Below are positions 42,780-53,289 of a DNA stretch of 60,447 nucleotides, in pieces. This DNA is from Phycisphaerales bacterium (GTDB lineage Bacteria; Planctomycetota; Phycisphaerae; Phycisphaerales; SM1A02): contig JBIKJV010000379.1 of NCBI GenBank assembly GCA_044360755.1, forward strand, positions 1 through 60,447, written 5' to 3'. Position numbers and translations under genes: made by a program. The notes under the pieces were generated by a model. The model had not been told where the DNA came from. It ran no database searches and saw only the letters and a program-made list of their open reading frames with translations. Position 1 is the stretch's first letter, and each line of letters begins with the position of its first letter.

Positions 42780-45700
42780 TTAATCTCCGATGAGTTTGCT
42801 GATGAGGGATTCAAGGTGTGCTACTCGAGCTCGCAAGTCTACGACCTCTTTGGCTAATTCTACAGCGGAGGCGAGCGCCGCGCCACCATAGTTTACGGAC
42901 AGAGTTTGCATCTCATCCTTAGCCGTCATGATTGCCTGTGGAAGCAACTTCTGGAACGACTGAGCTGAAACACCAACTTGCGCCATTTCTGTCTCGTCAA
43001 TGCGGTCGTAGATACCAACTTTGACTTCGGCAAGACGAGTAACATAGTCCTCTGGCATATCTCGCCAGTTGGTCTTAAGACGTTCATCTGAGTAAGCTGT
43101 GATGTTACCTGATGCAACAATTGAGTTAGAAATCGCACAACGGAATGAACCGTTGTTAATGATGAGCAAGCCGTGGTCAGTCAAGTTGCCAGCAGCGCCA
43201 CCAGTGTTAGGATGTGACCAAGCCATGCCGTAGAGGGTACCTAAACTCGTTCCATCAGCGGCAAGTTTATAGCTGTCACCCATGGCAAACACGCCTTGGT
43301 AACGGTATGAGCTGTATACGCCAACAACAGTATTACCGTAGTTGTCGTCAATGTACATGTTGCCGTTGGCTCGGGTTGCTCTGGCAGCGGTAATACCCCA
43401 AGACCCGGAAGCCGCAGTTTGGATAGCTGCTGCTGCAGCTCCGGCTGTCCAGCTACGAATATAGTAATCACTGCTGTTAAAACCAGCAAAATACCCAAGC
43501 CCTGAGCCGTTGCGTTCTGTACCGCCTCCGCTGGTATAGAAGTAGCTATTTTGGATATAGCCGTTGCCGTCGCGCTGAACAATAGTGTTTGCACCACCAG
43601 TTTGGTTTGGGCCGTAACCTTGCAAAGTACTTGCGGTAGTTGCAGAAACGGCGTTTTCGTTGTACTTCAGTGGTCTATAAGCTGTTTGAGTAGTTTGTAC
43701 AGACCCAGAAAGCGACGATTCATATTGAATAGCAAACTGATCTGCGTAGTTCCCGTCAAACTGTGTGTAGCCGTTTACAACGTTAACGACATCCAACCCA
43801 GTGTAGTTACTAGCAGGGAACGCTACCCAAAGGTTGTACGCACTGTCGTACCCAAAGCGAACATCTATAGCTGTACCAGAACCATCCATAAGGCTGGCTT
43901 GTGGTGAGTACCAGTAGTTGCCGCCGTAGTTGTAACCGCTGATGCGAATGTCGTAGCTTTCGTAGCCTTGGTAAATTCGAACTACGAACGACAACATCCA
44001 GCTAGTGGCTGCTAAAATTCGAACTTTATAGTACCCGCTACTTCTACTATCGCTAGTACCAAAGTGCGCTCGTTGATGAAAAGCAGTCGATGATTTTGAA
44101 CCTACAGTTGCGGCATTGCCGGTAATGCTAATACCCCACGTACCAGACGCCCCGGAACCTGTTAGTGATGGGCTGTAGCTGGTGTAGTTGCCAGCGTGAA
44201 GTGCTGTACTTCCAGCGATAGTTAGTTGGTTTCTAAAACCAGAAGTGCCGCTATCTTGGTTTACCCAAAACTGGGTAGCATTGGTGATGTTGTTGCCATT
44301 ACTTTGGTACTGGTCTTCGTCAATCACACGGAAAACAGGCCCAGTGTCGCCAGCGCCGTAGACGGTCACGCCTTCGTTGTCGATCATCAACCCGCCAGTA
44401 TCGTTATCAGACACTTCGATGTTGATAGCCCCAGTAGCGCCGTTTAGAGCAAACGGGAAACCAGCATTAAGCGTTCCGGAACCTGCGGGTCTCCATCCAA
44501 TGCGAGCAGTATTAGAACCATTAAGCCTTATTTCAGCAGTAGCATAAAGATTTCCGCTAACAGTACCCCCACTCAAAGGCAGAGCGTATGAACTGTAATT
44601 ACCGCTGTGCAAATACGGCAGGCCTCCGGTGTACTTATAAATATCGCCATCAACATAAACGGTTTTATTGAAATAAAACTGCGGACGATCAGTTTGTATA
44701 TGCGCATAGCTAGAATTTTGCGCACCAACATCAACGTAGCCATAAGAAGTTTGGCTGCGAATTGCTCCTGAACCACCACCAGTGATGTAGTTGCTGTCGT
44801 CGCCCAAGTAGTATTCACTTGCTCGAACTTTCCCATCAACTTTGCCATTGCTCAAATATTGAACAAATCGGGTGCCAAACCAAGTGCCGTGAGTATTGTT
44901 CGACTGACGCTGACCAAACTCAGCCCAACCGTTAGCATTTCCAGTGGTTCCGTTGCCTAGATAAAGCTCAAATGCCTGACTCCAATCATGACTACGACCC
45001 CAGACAAACTGCCCGCTACTGCGTATGTACCAAGTATTTGTACCGCTGTAGTCTGCAATGACCCTATAGCCGCCTCTGGTGTAATCGTCAAAGTAGCTGT
45101 AAGCAGGGCTGTAACTGGTGTAATTACCTGCATGAAGTAACTGATTACCATTTAAAGTCGCTACGCCTGAGCCGTTGCCAATAATAAAATCGGCCCCACC
45201 CGTCGTGGTAAAACGATGACGATTTCCACTTCCGGCTCTTTGCCAGCTATCGGTCCCGTCCGCATCAAATGTAAGACGATATAGATCAAGACCGGCTGAT
45301 GCACTAATTGTGAGCTTTCCGCTCAACGTACCACCACCCAAAGGCAAAGCGTATGAGCTGTAATTCCCTGCGTGGAGGACTTGGTTGCCTGCCTGCTGGA
45401 TTGCTCCTTCAACATTCAAGCCATTGCTTGGGTTTGCAGTTGCTGTATAGCCGCTGCCAATCGTCACACCACCATGGATGTGCATCTTCTTTCCAGAAAC
45501 AACAGAACCGCCGCCGCCAAAAGACCAAGTGCCAGTAGCGCCATATATCCATAGGTAGTCGGTACCGCCAGAATCTGTAGCGGTAATGCCTGTCCACGCG
45601 GTTCCATTGCCGTTCAGCGTAATTTGCGTATCGGTAGAGTCTTGGAACGTGACACGACCACTAATTGTTCCGCCACTAATGGGAAGGGCGTAAGTGCCAA

Positions 45701-48584
45701 CATTTCCACTATGGAGTAAGGTGTACCAAGCATTCCAAGTGCTATCAATACCATTACGGATACTGAGTTTTGGTTGACCTGAAGCGTTAACACCAGTGGT
45801 GTTTGCAAACGACAACTGATAAGACGAATCGCCTGTGCTTGCAGTAGTGCCAGTCCAAGGACTAAATGTCATCACACCAGCGTAGTTACCCGATCCGTTA
45901 CCAGTTCCAGCGCCAACAAAATCAAAGTTTACAGTTCGCGCAAAGCTATTTGGTAAGCGATCAGAAAGGTCTCGTGGGCCATCGTTGTACTGAATCCGAA
46001 TAGCGTTAGTAGCTAAGGAAGCTGTACCGGAAATGTTAATACCCCAAGTACCTGATGCCCCAGAACCACCTAATGATGGGCTGTATGAGGTGTAGTTACC
46101 TGCGTGAAGGACTTGGTTGCCGGACTGCTGTAGCGCAACAGACGAGTTAACTGCACTACCAGAAATAGTCAACCAGTTTGAAGAACTGGAGCTTCTAAAA
46201 TAATAGCCAGAAAAATCACCGTACCAACCACCGTTAGTACCGGACTGGTTAAACATGTAGGTATTGCCATAAACATCGTCAGGGCGATATCCTGCATTAC
46301 CCGCAGCATTAAATATGCCGTTGGCTGAGTCGTTAGGAAAGTAGATACTGCCGCTGAGAGTGCCACCGCTCAAAGGCAAATAACTGTGAGTATGAGAAAT
46401 CGGTGCAAACGCCTCATCCATCCATCCGTGGTAATTTGTCCAAAGACGGCCATTACTTGCAAGCAACATACGCCGCTCGGCAGCAGAGTCCCCACCATAC
46501 ATCCAAGCAAAGGCATAACCACCAATACCAGACGCAAACTCGGTTGTTCCATCAGTACGGAAAACCATCTGACGTGTATTGCCGTATAGCTTTACGTTTG
46601 CGTCATCGTTAGCATCTCGAAGCCACGCATTGTTTACATCGTAAGTATGGTTGTGGCCAACAGTAGCGGCGTAGTTAGTGTAGTTACCAGCGTGGAGGAC
46701 TTGATTGCCGCCTTGCTGTAATGAGCCGCTGCCAACGTTAATGGCGCTACCACTAAACCGCATGTTTGCACCACTAGAAGAAATATTTAGCGTGCCATAA
46801 GTTTGAGTATCGCGGTTATAAACAAAAACGTAACCTTCGCCGGAAGACATTCCTATTTCAGCTGCAGTGCCAGTGGCTGCGTTACCTGTATACCAACCCG
46901 TAAAACGACCTTGGCCGGTGGCGCTTATGTCACCAGAAAAAGCTCGTTGAGAAGTTGTTGCTGAGTTTCCGCTGATTGAAATACCCCAAGTCCCGCTTGC
47001 GCCTGTTCCAGTTAAGGTTGGGCTGTAGCTGTTGTAGTTACCTGCGTGGAGAACTGTGTTGCTGTTAATTTGTGTTGCGCCATCATCAAGATCGAACGAA
47101 ACACGAACGCTACCGCCGCCAATAAACCGGATTTGATTGCTGTCACCATCCCAGCGAATACCCCAAGCATTTGCTGCGGTTGCATTAGAAGGGTAGTAGT
47201 CTCGTGAGATTCCCCATATGTCAAAGTTGGCGTCACCAGTATCAAGACCTAAAAAGCCGTTGGGCATTTGAGGCTTATCTGCATTAGCGCTTGGAAAAGT
47301 TACTTTTCCTGTCAGCGTGCCGCCAGCCAAAGGCAGTTTTGTGCTATCTGTTGCAGACGTTGCTGTCGCAGCGTTGCCGGTAATGTTGATACCCCAAGTA
47401 CCGCTTGCGCCTGTACCAGTTTTTGTTGGTGCGTAAGTGTTGTAATTGCTCGAGGTAACTGCAGTGCTGCCGTTAATGGTCAGCGCTGAGCCATTAAATT
47501 CCATCGTAGTCGCTACGGAGTCACCAGCAGCGATTGCCGTCAGAACGGCTTTAGTACCGCGGTTAGCCGCAGTGATATTCTCAGTCGCAACAAACGAAAG
47601 ACCGGCACCACCAACCCAACCGGAGCCGGTGTAACCAAGCGCAGCAACATTCAAAAGGGTCTGGGTATTTAAACTCTGTGTTCGTGCCGCAGTAGTACCG
47701 CCAGATGTACCGCCCATGAAGCCAGCAACCGTGCCAGCGTTTGTAGGGACACCATAAATCTCATTGCGACCATCAAGTGTGAGCTTACCGCTAAGCGTAC
47801 CGCCAGCTAGTGGTAACTTCGTTGCGTCAGCGACTGTGATGTCGGCGGAGCCGTTGAAAGACACACCGTTAATGTTGCGGGCTGTAGCAAGGGTAGCCGC
47901 GCTACCCACGGACATAGAAGCCTGATCGGTTTTTGTCCACAGACCTGTGGAACTAACATAGACAAGCGTTTGGCCGTCAACGGGTGACCGTGCTGACACA
48001 TCGTGAATCTCGTCAAGCTCATAACCGTTTTGGATTTTGACTTGGATCGTGCCTTGTGTGTTATGGCTGTAAGTGACAATGCCTACGTAAACCAGATGCG
48101 TAGGAGCGTAAGGCTTAGTGTTTGTGTAGCCCCCCGCGCTAACGCCGCTCAAATACAGCTGTGTGCCGTCTGCAAACGCAGAGGTATTTAAACCACTAAC
48201 CGCGCCGACAACTACAACATAGCCGTTCTGGTTATGTGGGATGTCAGCTTGAACCATACCATAGGTCTGAGCTGAGGTAGAGTCACCTGTTGCAAGGGCT
48301 TTGGAAACAACCGCCTTATTGCCAGCTGCACCGCTGATGTAGACAACCGTACCCTTGGTAAGTGTTGCACCAGTTTCGTTGCGAACTTGACTAATCAAGG
48401 TAGCTGTACTGCCAGCAACGCCCACGCTCAAATCCCGGGTAGTACCGGAGCTGGAAACAACTACGCTGCCGTCGGCGGACGTAATCGACTCAACTTTGTC
48501 AGTATTAAGATTTGTAAAGTTGCTATCAACTTCGTTATTGGTAAGGGGCGAGCCCTTACCTGCGCGGGTGACAATAGTGCTCAT
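42780..48584 (-). CDS. giant modular tail fibre (1934 aa) with C-terminal S74 intramolecular chaperone
   Basis: N-terminus KGSPLTNNEVDSNFTNLN. At least 8 LHAGNYxSY(S/A)P..G(T/S)GASGTWGI modules. C-terminus YSDERLKTNW... (~42783-43092). Confidence 0.8.
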   Translation of the reverse strand: MSTIVTRAGKGSPLTNNEVDSNFTNLNTDKVESITSADGSVVVSSSGTTRDLSVGVAGSTATLISQVRNETGATLTKGTVVYISGAAGNKAVVSKALATGDSTSAQTYGMVQADIPHNQNGYVVVVGAVSGLNTSAFADGTQLYLSGVSAGGYTNTKPYAPTHLVYVGIVTYSHNTQGTIQVKIQNGYELDEIHDVSARSPVDGQTLVYVSSTGLWTKTDQASMSVGSAATLATARNINGVSFNGSADITVADATKLPLAGGTLSGKLTLDGRNEIYGVPTNAGTVAGFMGGTSGGTTAARTQSLNTQTLLNVAALGYTGSGWVGGAGLSFVATENITAANRGTKAVLTAIAAGDSVATTMEFNGSALTINGSTAVTSSNYNTYAPTKTGTGASGTWGINITGNAATATSATDSTKLPLAGGTLTGKVTFPSANADKPQMPNGFLGLDTGDANFDIWGISRDYYPSNATAANAWGIRWDGDSNQIRFIGGGSVRVSFDLDDGATQINSNTVLHAGNYNSYSPTLTGTGASGTWGISISGNSATTSQRAFSGDISATGQGRFTGWYTGNAATGTAAEIGMSSGEGYVFVYNRDTQTYGTLNISSSGANMRFSGSAINVGSGSLQQGGNQVLHAGNYTNYAATVGHNHTYDVNNAWLRDANDDANVKLYGNTRQMVFRTDGTTEFASGIGGYAFAWMYGGDSAAERRMLLASNGRLWTNYHGWMDEAFAPISHTHSYLPLSGGTLSGSIYFPNDSANGIFNAAGNAGYRPDDVYGNTYMFNQSGTNGGWYGDFSGYYFRSSSSSNWLTISGSAVNSSVALQQSGNQVLHAGNYTSYSPSLGGSGASGTWGINISGTASLATNAIRIQYNDGPRDLSDRLPNSFARTVNFDFVGAGTGNGSGNYAGVMTFSPWTGTTASTGDSSYQLSFANTTGVNASGQPKLSIRNGIDSTWNAWYTLLHSGNVGTYALPISGGTISGRVTFQDSTDTQITLNGNGTAWTGITATDSGGTDYLWIYGATGTWSFGGGGSVVSGKKMHIHGGVTIGSGYTATANPSNGLNVEGAIQQAGNQVLHAGNYSSYALPLGGGTLSGKLTISASAGLDLYRLTFDADGTDSWQRAGSGNRHRFTTTGGADFIIGNGSGVATLNGNQLLHAGNYTSYSPAYSYFDDYTRGGYRVIADYSGTNTWYIRSSGQFVWGRSHDWSQAFELYLGNGTTGNANGWAEFGQRQSNNTHGTWFGTRFVQYLSNGKVDGKVRASEYYLGDDSNYITGGGSGAIRSQTSYGYVDVGAQNSSYAHIQTDRPQFYFNKTVYVDGDIYKYTGGLPYLHSGNYSSYALPLSGGTVSGNLYATAEIRLNGSNTARIGWRPAGSGTLNAGFPFALNGATGAINIEVSDNDTGGLMIDNEGVTVYGAGDTGPVFRVIDEDQYQSNGNNITNATQFWVNQDSGTSGFRNQLTIAGSTALHAGNYTSYSPSLTGSGASGTWGISITGNAATVGSKSSTAFHQRAHFGTSDSRSSGYYKVRILAATSWMLSFVVRIYQGYESYDIRISGYNYGGNYWYSPQASLMDGSGTAIDVRFGYDSAYNLWVAFPASNYTGLDVVNVVNGYTQFDGNYADQFAIQYESSLSGSVQTTQTAYRPLKYNENAVSATTASTLQGYGPNQTGGANTIVQRDGNGYIQNSYFYTSGGGTERNGSGLGYFAGFNSSDYYIRSWTAGAAAAAIQTAASGSWGITAARATRANGNMYIDDNYGNTVVGVYSSYRYQGVFAMGDSYKLAADGTSLGTLYGMAWSHPNTGGAAGNLTDHGLLIINNGSFRCAISNSIVASGNITAYSDERLKTNWRDMPEDYVTRLAEVKVGIYDRIDETEMAQVGVSAQSFQKLLPQAIMTAKDEMQTLSVNYGGAALASAVELAKEVVDLRARVAHLESLISKLIGD

Positions 48585-48621
48585 ATTCCAAACTCCTGAC
48601 GTTCACTACGTCAAAACTGTA

Positions 48622-49059
48622 TTAACTGACGGTGATTGCCCAAGTAATAGACATGGCGTCATCAGCGCCTTTATTAACCACAGCAAACACAGTCCGGCAC
48701 AACATGGTGCCCGCAGTAGGATCATTAAAGACACCCGCTTCAACAACAGCACCTGTACCAGTGCCGGGTGGGAACGTCGCAACATAAGTCACAACAGCGC
48801 CAGAAGAGCTAGAGGACGTCAAAGCAACGCGGCCCAAGGAAGCACCCAATGCTGTGTCACCGTTTGCAGCGGCGGTACTGCTCGAACCGACAGCCATGTG
48901 GCTCATCGTCGTTGGCGTGCCAACCATACGGCCAGCAATGAAGGTTTTACCACCAGCTACTACGAGGTTTTTAATCTCACGGCGGTCTTTAATCTGGCCA
49001 TCTGCGCCAGTGATTTCGACGACTACGTCGCCGGTTACTTTTAAGTTGTCGTTTAACAT
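48622..49059 (-). CDS. small beta-rich structural protein
   Basis: 145-aa ORF between fibre-module genes. S/T/G/A/V-rich. Confidence 0.55.
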   Translation of the reverse strand: MLNDNLKVTGDVVVEITGADGQIKDRREIKNLVVAGGKTFIAGRMVGTPTTMSHMAVGSSSTAAANGDTALGASLGRVALTSSSSSGAVVTYVATFPPGTGTGAVVEAGVFNDPTAGTMLCRTVFAVVNKGADDAMSITWAITVS

Positions 49060-49067
49060 GGAAGCTC

Positions 49068-50252
49068 CTATGAAAATGTGCGGGATAAGCCGACGTAGTC
49101 TTCTGCGAAGTATGACAGATCGCAGTAGCTTTGGGAAGTCAAAAGACCAGCACTCACCAAAGATACCGTATCGGTTTTGGCAAGGCTGTTAGACAAGACT
49201 TTCGCGTCGGTGGCAAAAGCCAAGTTATTGATGTACTTAACAGACTGGTACGTAATCCCGTCCGCCAAATCGGCGGTGTCGTTCATCGCAAAACCGTCTT
49301 GGATTGTACGAGTAAGCGTGCGGGATAAAAGCTCAGTAAACGCAAAAGCATCCGCAACTACTTTGTCAACGGCGCTACTAGTTACATCTGACTGATTAAA
49401 CGAGTCCTGAAGCGTTTTTTCGGTGACACGCGTCGTAGTCTCGGAGAACGTAAATAAATCGGTTAGAGCCTTACCAAAGTCGCGCGTAGTGGCATCCGTT
49501 TGGGTAAAACTGTCGGCTAAACTTTTTTGGGGTGTTAAACGCGCTGCATCCGTAAACGTAAACGAGTCCGCTACAGGGCGAGTTAGCGAAAAACTCCTAG
49601 CATCCGTGGGTGCGACCGACTCAGTTGTATTCTTGGTGTAAGCCCAATAGGTTGCGTCGGCTGTAGCAAGCAAGTCTGTTCGGAGTTTAGTTGTAGTAAA
49701 AATAGGACGCGTGTCTACCACCCCGACCGAGTTGACTCTGGCTTTGCTAAAAGTTTTAGTTGTTGTGTCACCTAGTGCGAAGGTACTAGCAAGCGGTCTA
49801 CTAAACGTAAACGACACTCTGTGCGTAAAACCGAACGTATCTGTAAATCTACGTATGTACTCCAGTGTTCGGATGATGAAGTCCGGCGTAGAAACGCTGT
49901 CGTGCTTGCTGGTGGCAAGATTTTTGGACGTGATGTAGTCCGTCGACTCAAAAGTAGTTGTAAGGGTTTTCCCTACTACACGGAACGTAGCGTCCGTAAC
50001 AAAGACTTCTTCGGGGAAATACTGGAAGCGACCAGACGTATCAAGATACGCCCCAGACGCCATGAAGATGTAGTTCAGATTTGCAACAGGCACAACCGCA
50101 GTAACAACTGCGCTGATAATTTGTACTGAACTTGCTGCGGCTAAAAGGGCAGCCGAAGTCTCGGCTACCGGCGCTACGATGACGACGCTTGCCCTTGCTC
50201 TCGTAACAGCTGTAGCAGCCGTAAGAGCAGTTCTGACAACCGTCACGCCCAT
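49068..50252 (-). CDS. repeat-containing structural protein (DSFxFTD-type repeats)
   Basis: 394 aa. Repeated ~12-14-aa units (ADSFTFTD, ADSFTQTD, TDLFTFSE, QDSFNQSD, ADAFAFTE). TAATG coupling upstream. Confidence 0.6.
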   Translation of the reverse strand: MGVTVVRTALTAATAVTRARASVVIVAPVAETSAALLAAASSVQIISAVVTAVVPVANLNYIFMASGAYLDTSGRFQYFPEEVFVTDATFRVVGKTLTTTFESTDYITSKNLATSKHDSVSTPDFIIRTLEYIRRFTDTFGFTHRVSFTFSRPLASTFALGDTTTKTFSKARVNSVGVVDTRPIFTTTKLRTDLLATADATYWAYTKNTTESVAPTDARSFSLTRPVADSFTFTDAARLTPQKSLADSFTQTDATTRDFGKALTDLFTFSETTTRVTEKTLQDSFNQSDVTSSAVDKVVADAFAFTELLSRTLTRTIQDGFAMNDTADLADGITYQSVKYINNLAFATDAKVLSNSLAKTDTVSLVSAGLLTSQSYCDLSYFAEDYVGLSRTFS

Positions 50253-50584
50253 TAGAAGTCCTCGCGCAGCTTAAACTTCAACAAGTCGTAAACAGTTTGA
50301 ACCGTAGTGTCCGCAAAGGTAATCTGAATCTCGCCTTCGTAGTCACCGGCCTCACCCAACAACATAGCAGGCGCAGATGCGGGGTAGAAAGCCACTTGGC
50401 CGTTAGGGCCGTCAGTGATGGAGCCAGTAACGGTAGCGGTCAGGTCGGTTGCGCCGACTGCACGAAATTTAAGCAGTACAGTCGCGCCTGTGAGCGCAAT
50501 AGCGTTACCGGTGATCTCATCAGTAATGTTGCAGACCAAGGCTGGCTTGGTATCCCCTTGAACCAGTTTAATTTTCTCGGCCAT
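50252..50584 (-). CDS. Ig-like BppU_N-type domain protein
   Basis: KLVQGDTKPALVCNITDEITGNAIALTGATVLLKF...GQVAFYP...GDYEGEIQITF resembles the baseplate-upper-protein N-terminal domain. Confidence 0.55.
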   Translation of the reverse strand: MAEKIKLVQGDTKPALVCNITDEITGNAIALTGATVLLKFRAVGATDLTATVTGSITDGPNGQVAFYPASAPAMLLGEAGDYEGEIQITFADTTVQTVYDLLKFKLREDF

Positions 50585-50592
50585 GGTTTACC

Positions 50593-51252
50593 TCAGACTT
50601 TAGGCGCAACGCCTGTTGTACCGGCCATTTCAGTGGTCAAAGCAGCTTGAAAAGCACCGTAGTGAGCCTGCGCACGCTGAGCGTTACCCGCGTACTCGCT
50701 GTCCTTGGTGTAGGCGCGGTACAAGATGTAGTCGGCCAGCACGTTGCCGTAGATGTCAGGCAAGCTGATATTACCGGCCACAGCGCTGTACAAAGCGCCG
50801 TCAGCGGGCTCTGTGATGTCTGTTGGGTAGGCAGAGTACACCACCTCTACAGAAGCGCCTGAAGCGGCTGCTGGTGGGTAGACGTAGAACACTTTAGGGT
50901 CGCGAGGATCGTACATGTAGTGCAGAATCTCGGTCACACCTGTCAAGTTGTACCAGTTGGGGCTTTGTGTGTCCAAGATGTTGCGAACGGTCATGCGGAC
51001 AGAACGCTTTGTGCCGCTGGTGTTGCGGATCACGTCGATCAACTTAGAACCGTTGGAAGGCAAGGCTTGCTTCGCGCCGCTAGCCAAAGCAATAGTGGCG
51101 TTAGTCACCATTGAGTCGGGGCGGTACAAGACCACTTCACGCTGGCCGTCGTTCAAGTAACGAACAAGCTCAGCCACAGGCCAACGAACGGACGTGTTGT
51201 CCTGCATTGTCTCAACGACACGGCGGATGATTGATTGGGCTGCAATGGTCAT
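50593..51252 (-). CDS. head-tail adaptor/connector candidate
   Basis: 219-aa ORF two genes downstream of the MCP. Call rests on position and size only. Confidence 0.45.
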   Translation of the reverse strand: MTIAAQSIIRRVVETMQDNTSVRWPVAELVRYLNDGQREVVLYRPDSMVTNATIALASGAKQALPSNGSKLIDVIRNTSGTKRSVRMTVRNILDTQSPNWYNLTGVTEILHYMYDPRDPKVFYVYPPAAASGASVEVVYSAYPTDITEPADGALYSAVAGNISLPDIYGNVLADYILYRAYTKDSEYAGNAQRAQAHYGAFQAALTTEMAGTTGVAPKV

Positions 51253-51260
51253 GATTTACC

Positions 51261-51893
51261 TCAAGCAAAAGGGCGGGCACGAACGCGCATCGAACCACGG
51301 ATCGAGCCGTAGTTTCCATCGATGCGAGCACTATTGGTTTGTCTAGCTGCAGAGTCAAGCAAGTACTTGGCCTGTGCAAAATTTGTGAAGGGTTGATCGG
51401 GAATCTGCATTGCCCGTGCGATGGCCATCGAAGTGATGGCATCAGACCACATGTTAAACAGATCGTCATCCAACTGCGTAGCGGTCATCGCTGGGCGCAA
51501 ATTGACGTTTACTACGACAGGGTATCGACCATCGGGTGGAGGCGACAGCTTAAGCGTCAGAACATTGTCTGTGCGGTCTGTGTAGAAGCCGCGGGGTTTA
51601 GCATTAGCTGTCGGCAAGTCGTTGCGGATCGCTTCGAACAAACCGGGGGAGAGTTCTTTACCATCAACGGCTACGCTCATCACACGATCAATGTCGTGGT
51701 TTGCAGTAGGCGGGTCTAAGTCGTATTGAGAAATACCAACAACAGTCCTGAACGAGTCAAGATTTTGGCGCAGCACGAGCGAACTTTCGCAGAAGTCAAT
51801 GGCTGCGCTGACCAAAACTTGATCGACCAAGGGCTCCGAGCAGCCGGGTAGATACGGCAGAATTCTTGAATAAAAGACGCTCAGAGGTTTCAT
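51261..51893 (-). CDS. head-tail adaptor/connector candidate
   Basis: 210-aa ORF downstream of the MCP. Call rests on position and size only. Confidence 0.45.
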   Translation of the reverse strand: MKPLSVFYSRILPYLPGCSEPLVDQVLVSAAIDFCESSLVLRQNLDSFRTVVGISQYDLDPPTANHDIDRVMSVAVDGKELSPGLFEAIRNDLPTANAKPRGFYTDRTDNVLTLKLSPPPDGRYPVVVNVNLRPAMTATQLDDDLFNMWSDAITSMAIARAMQIPDQPFTNFAQAKYLLDSAARQTNSARIDGNYGSIRGSMRVRARPFA

Positions 51894-51901
51894 GATGTAC
51901 C

Positions 51902-52174
51902 TTATTCGGCAGCAGCTTGAGTAAGCCCAACGACTGGCTCACTAACAATTTCAACAGATTCTACCAGTTGTGCTTTTGTTTTGCGAGTTTTTGTTGCAGC
52001 TTCAGCCACAGCCAAATTTGAATGTTCGTTGGTCAGCAAGACGCCGCGATCCGTCAGAACCCATTCTGTGTCCTCGAGGCGAGCAACAATAATGATCTCA
52101 CCTTCAATGTAAACACGGATTTTGTTGTTCAGGATTTCGCCGCCAAGACGTTCCATCAGTTCAAGAGCAGTCAT
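51902..52174 (-). CDS. hypothetical head-module protein (90 aa)
   Basis: ORF directly after the post-MCP terminator, with its own SD. Confidence 0.5.
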   Translation of the reverse strand: MTALELMERLGGEILNNKIRVYIEGEIIIVARLEDTEWVLTDRGVLLTNEHSNLAVAEAATKTRKTKAQLVESVEIVSEPVVGLTQAAAE

Positions 52175-52190
52175 ATTTTCTCCAAGGTTT

Positions 52191-52217
52191 AAACAAAAAA
52201 GGGGCCCGAAGGCCCCC
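52191..52217 (-). terminator. strong rho-independent terminator after the capsid gene
   Basis: Minus strand: GGGGGCC-TTCG-GGCCCC followed by TTTTTTGTTT. Confidence 0.8.
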
Positions 52218-52231
52218 TCTTTATACCACTA

Positions 52232-53239
52232 TCAGGTGGCTGAGCCAACCACGGCAGTAACCATGGCTTCTGGCTTGACAACCTTGCGGCCATACACAGC
52301 CAAACCGCGGACGATGTCGCCGAAGTCTGTCTGGTTACGCAGGGGTTCTGTCTTGTTGATGGTCATCGCGAAGGAAGTGGCATGCTTAGTGCCAGCAACC
52401 ATCAAACGACGAGCCTTGGCGTTGGTAACTGCACCGCCAGTGGAGGTAGCAGACAAACCAGCAACCAATGCCTTACCAGCTTCGCCGCGTGGCAGCAAGT
52501 TGGAAACATAGACGCTGAAGCGATCCAACATACCGATCTTGCCGGTACGGATGGTGCTTGACTGGTCGCCAGTGAAGTACGCCTGAGCGATGTTAGATTG
52601 CATCAACAGGTGACGGTCGAATGGGCTGATAACCAAGAAACGGCCATCTTCAGGAACGTTCTGCTCGTCCAAAACTGTAGACATGCGAAGGATGGCCTTC
52701 AACACGTTTTCAGGAGTGGCTTGATCGATAGGAGCGACGTCTGTACCCAAGTTGTAGGCAGCAGAAATCTTACCGGCAGTAGCGCCTTCGTTCTGAGCAG
52801 CAGGGCCTTCAGTCACGAAGCTGTTGAAGAACACTTCGTTTTCGATGGCGATTTTCAACTGCTTAGCAGCGTCTTCTGTGAACATGTTCATCAAGTTCAT
52901 GTCGGACTGATAGGCCAACACGTCATTGACTTGCACGCCGAAGTACTTACCCTTGTTCACTTGCATATCTTGGAAGATAGGAGTGGGGACTTCGTACGAC
53001 AGAGTCTGACCAACGGTGTAGTCAGAAATGCTGATAGAAGGAGCCAAACGGATACGGACGGTATCGCCTTGGTTCTTCAATTCGCCTTCGTAGTCAGTGT
53101 TAGTGACTTCAGACAACATGGTGTTCTGGTAGAACTTAGCCAAGAGTTTGCCTGACCACAGCGTGGGGATAAAGGCACCGGAATAAGAAGGGTTGGTGTC
53201 AAATGCACCAGAGCCCGTGACAGGATAAACAGCAGCCAT
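52232..53239 (-). CDS. major capsid protein (HK97-fold, P22-coat-like family)
   Basis: 335 aa between scaffold and terminator. N-terminal FIPTLWSGKLLAKFYQNTMLSEVTNTDYEGELKNQGDTVRI resembles the P22_CoatProtein family. Confidence 0.75.
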   Translation of the reverse strand: MAAVYPVTGSGAFDTNPSYSGAFIPTLWSGKLLAKFYQNTMLSEVTNTDYEGELKNQGDTVRIRLAPSISISDYTVGQTLSYEVPTPIFQDMQVNKGKYFGVQVNDVLAYQSDMNLMNMFTEDAAKQLKIAIENEVFFNSFVTEGPAAQNEGATAGKISAAYNLGTDVAPIDQATPENVLKAILRMSTVLDEQNVPEDGRFLVISPFDRHLLMQSNIAQAYFTGDQSSTIRTGKIGMLDRFSVYVSNLLPRGEAGKALVAGLSATSTGGAVTNAKARRLMVAGTKHATSFAMTINKTEPLRNQTDFGDIVRGLAVYGRKVVKPEAMVTAVVGSAT

Positions 53240-53289
53240 TTTGGCCTCCTAAATAAAAAACAGGTTGGGTAAATGCTGCATGCAGGGAG

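Noticed and set aside
53275-53284. CTGCATGCAG palindrome between the scaffold and MCP genes as a terminator
   Set aside because: It is a short stem with no loop, and the T-tract is not adjacent. It is more likely incidental. The convincing terminator lies after the MCP at 52191-52217.
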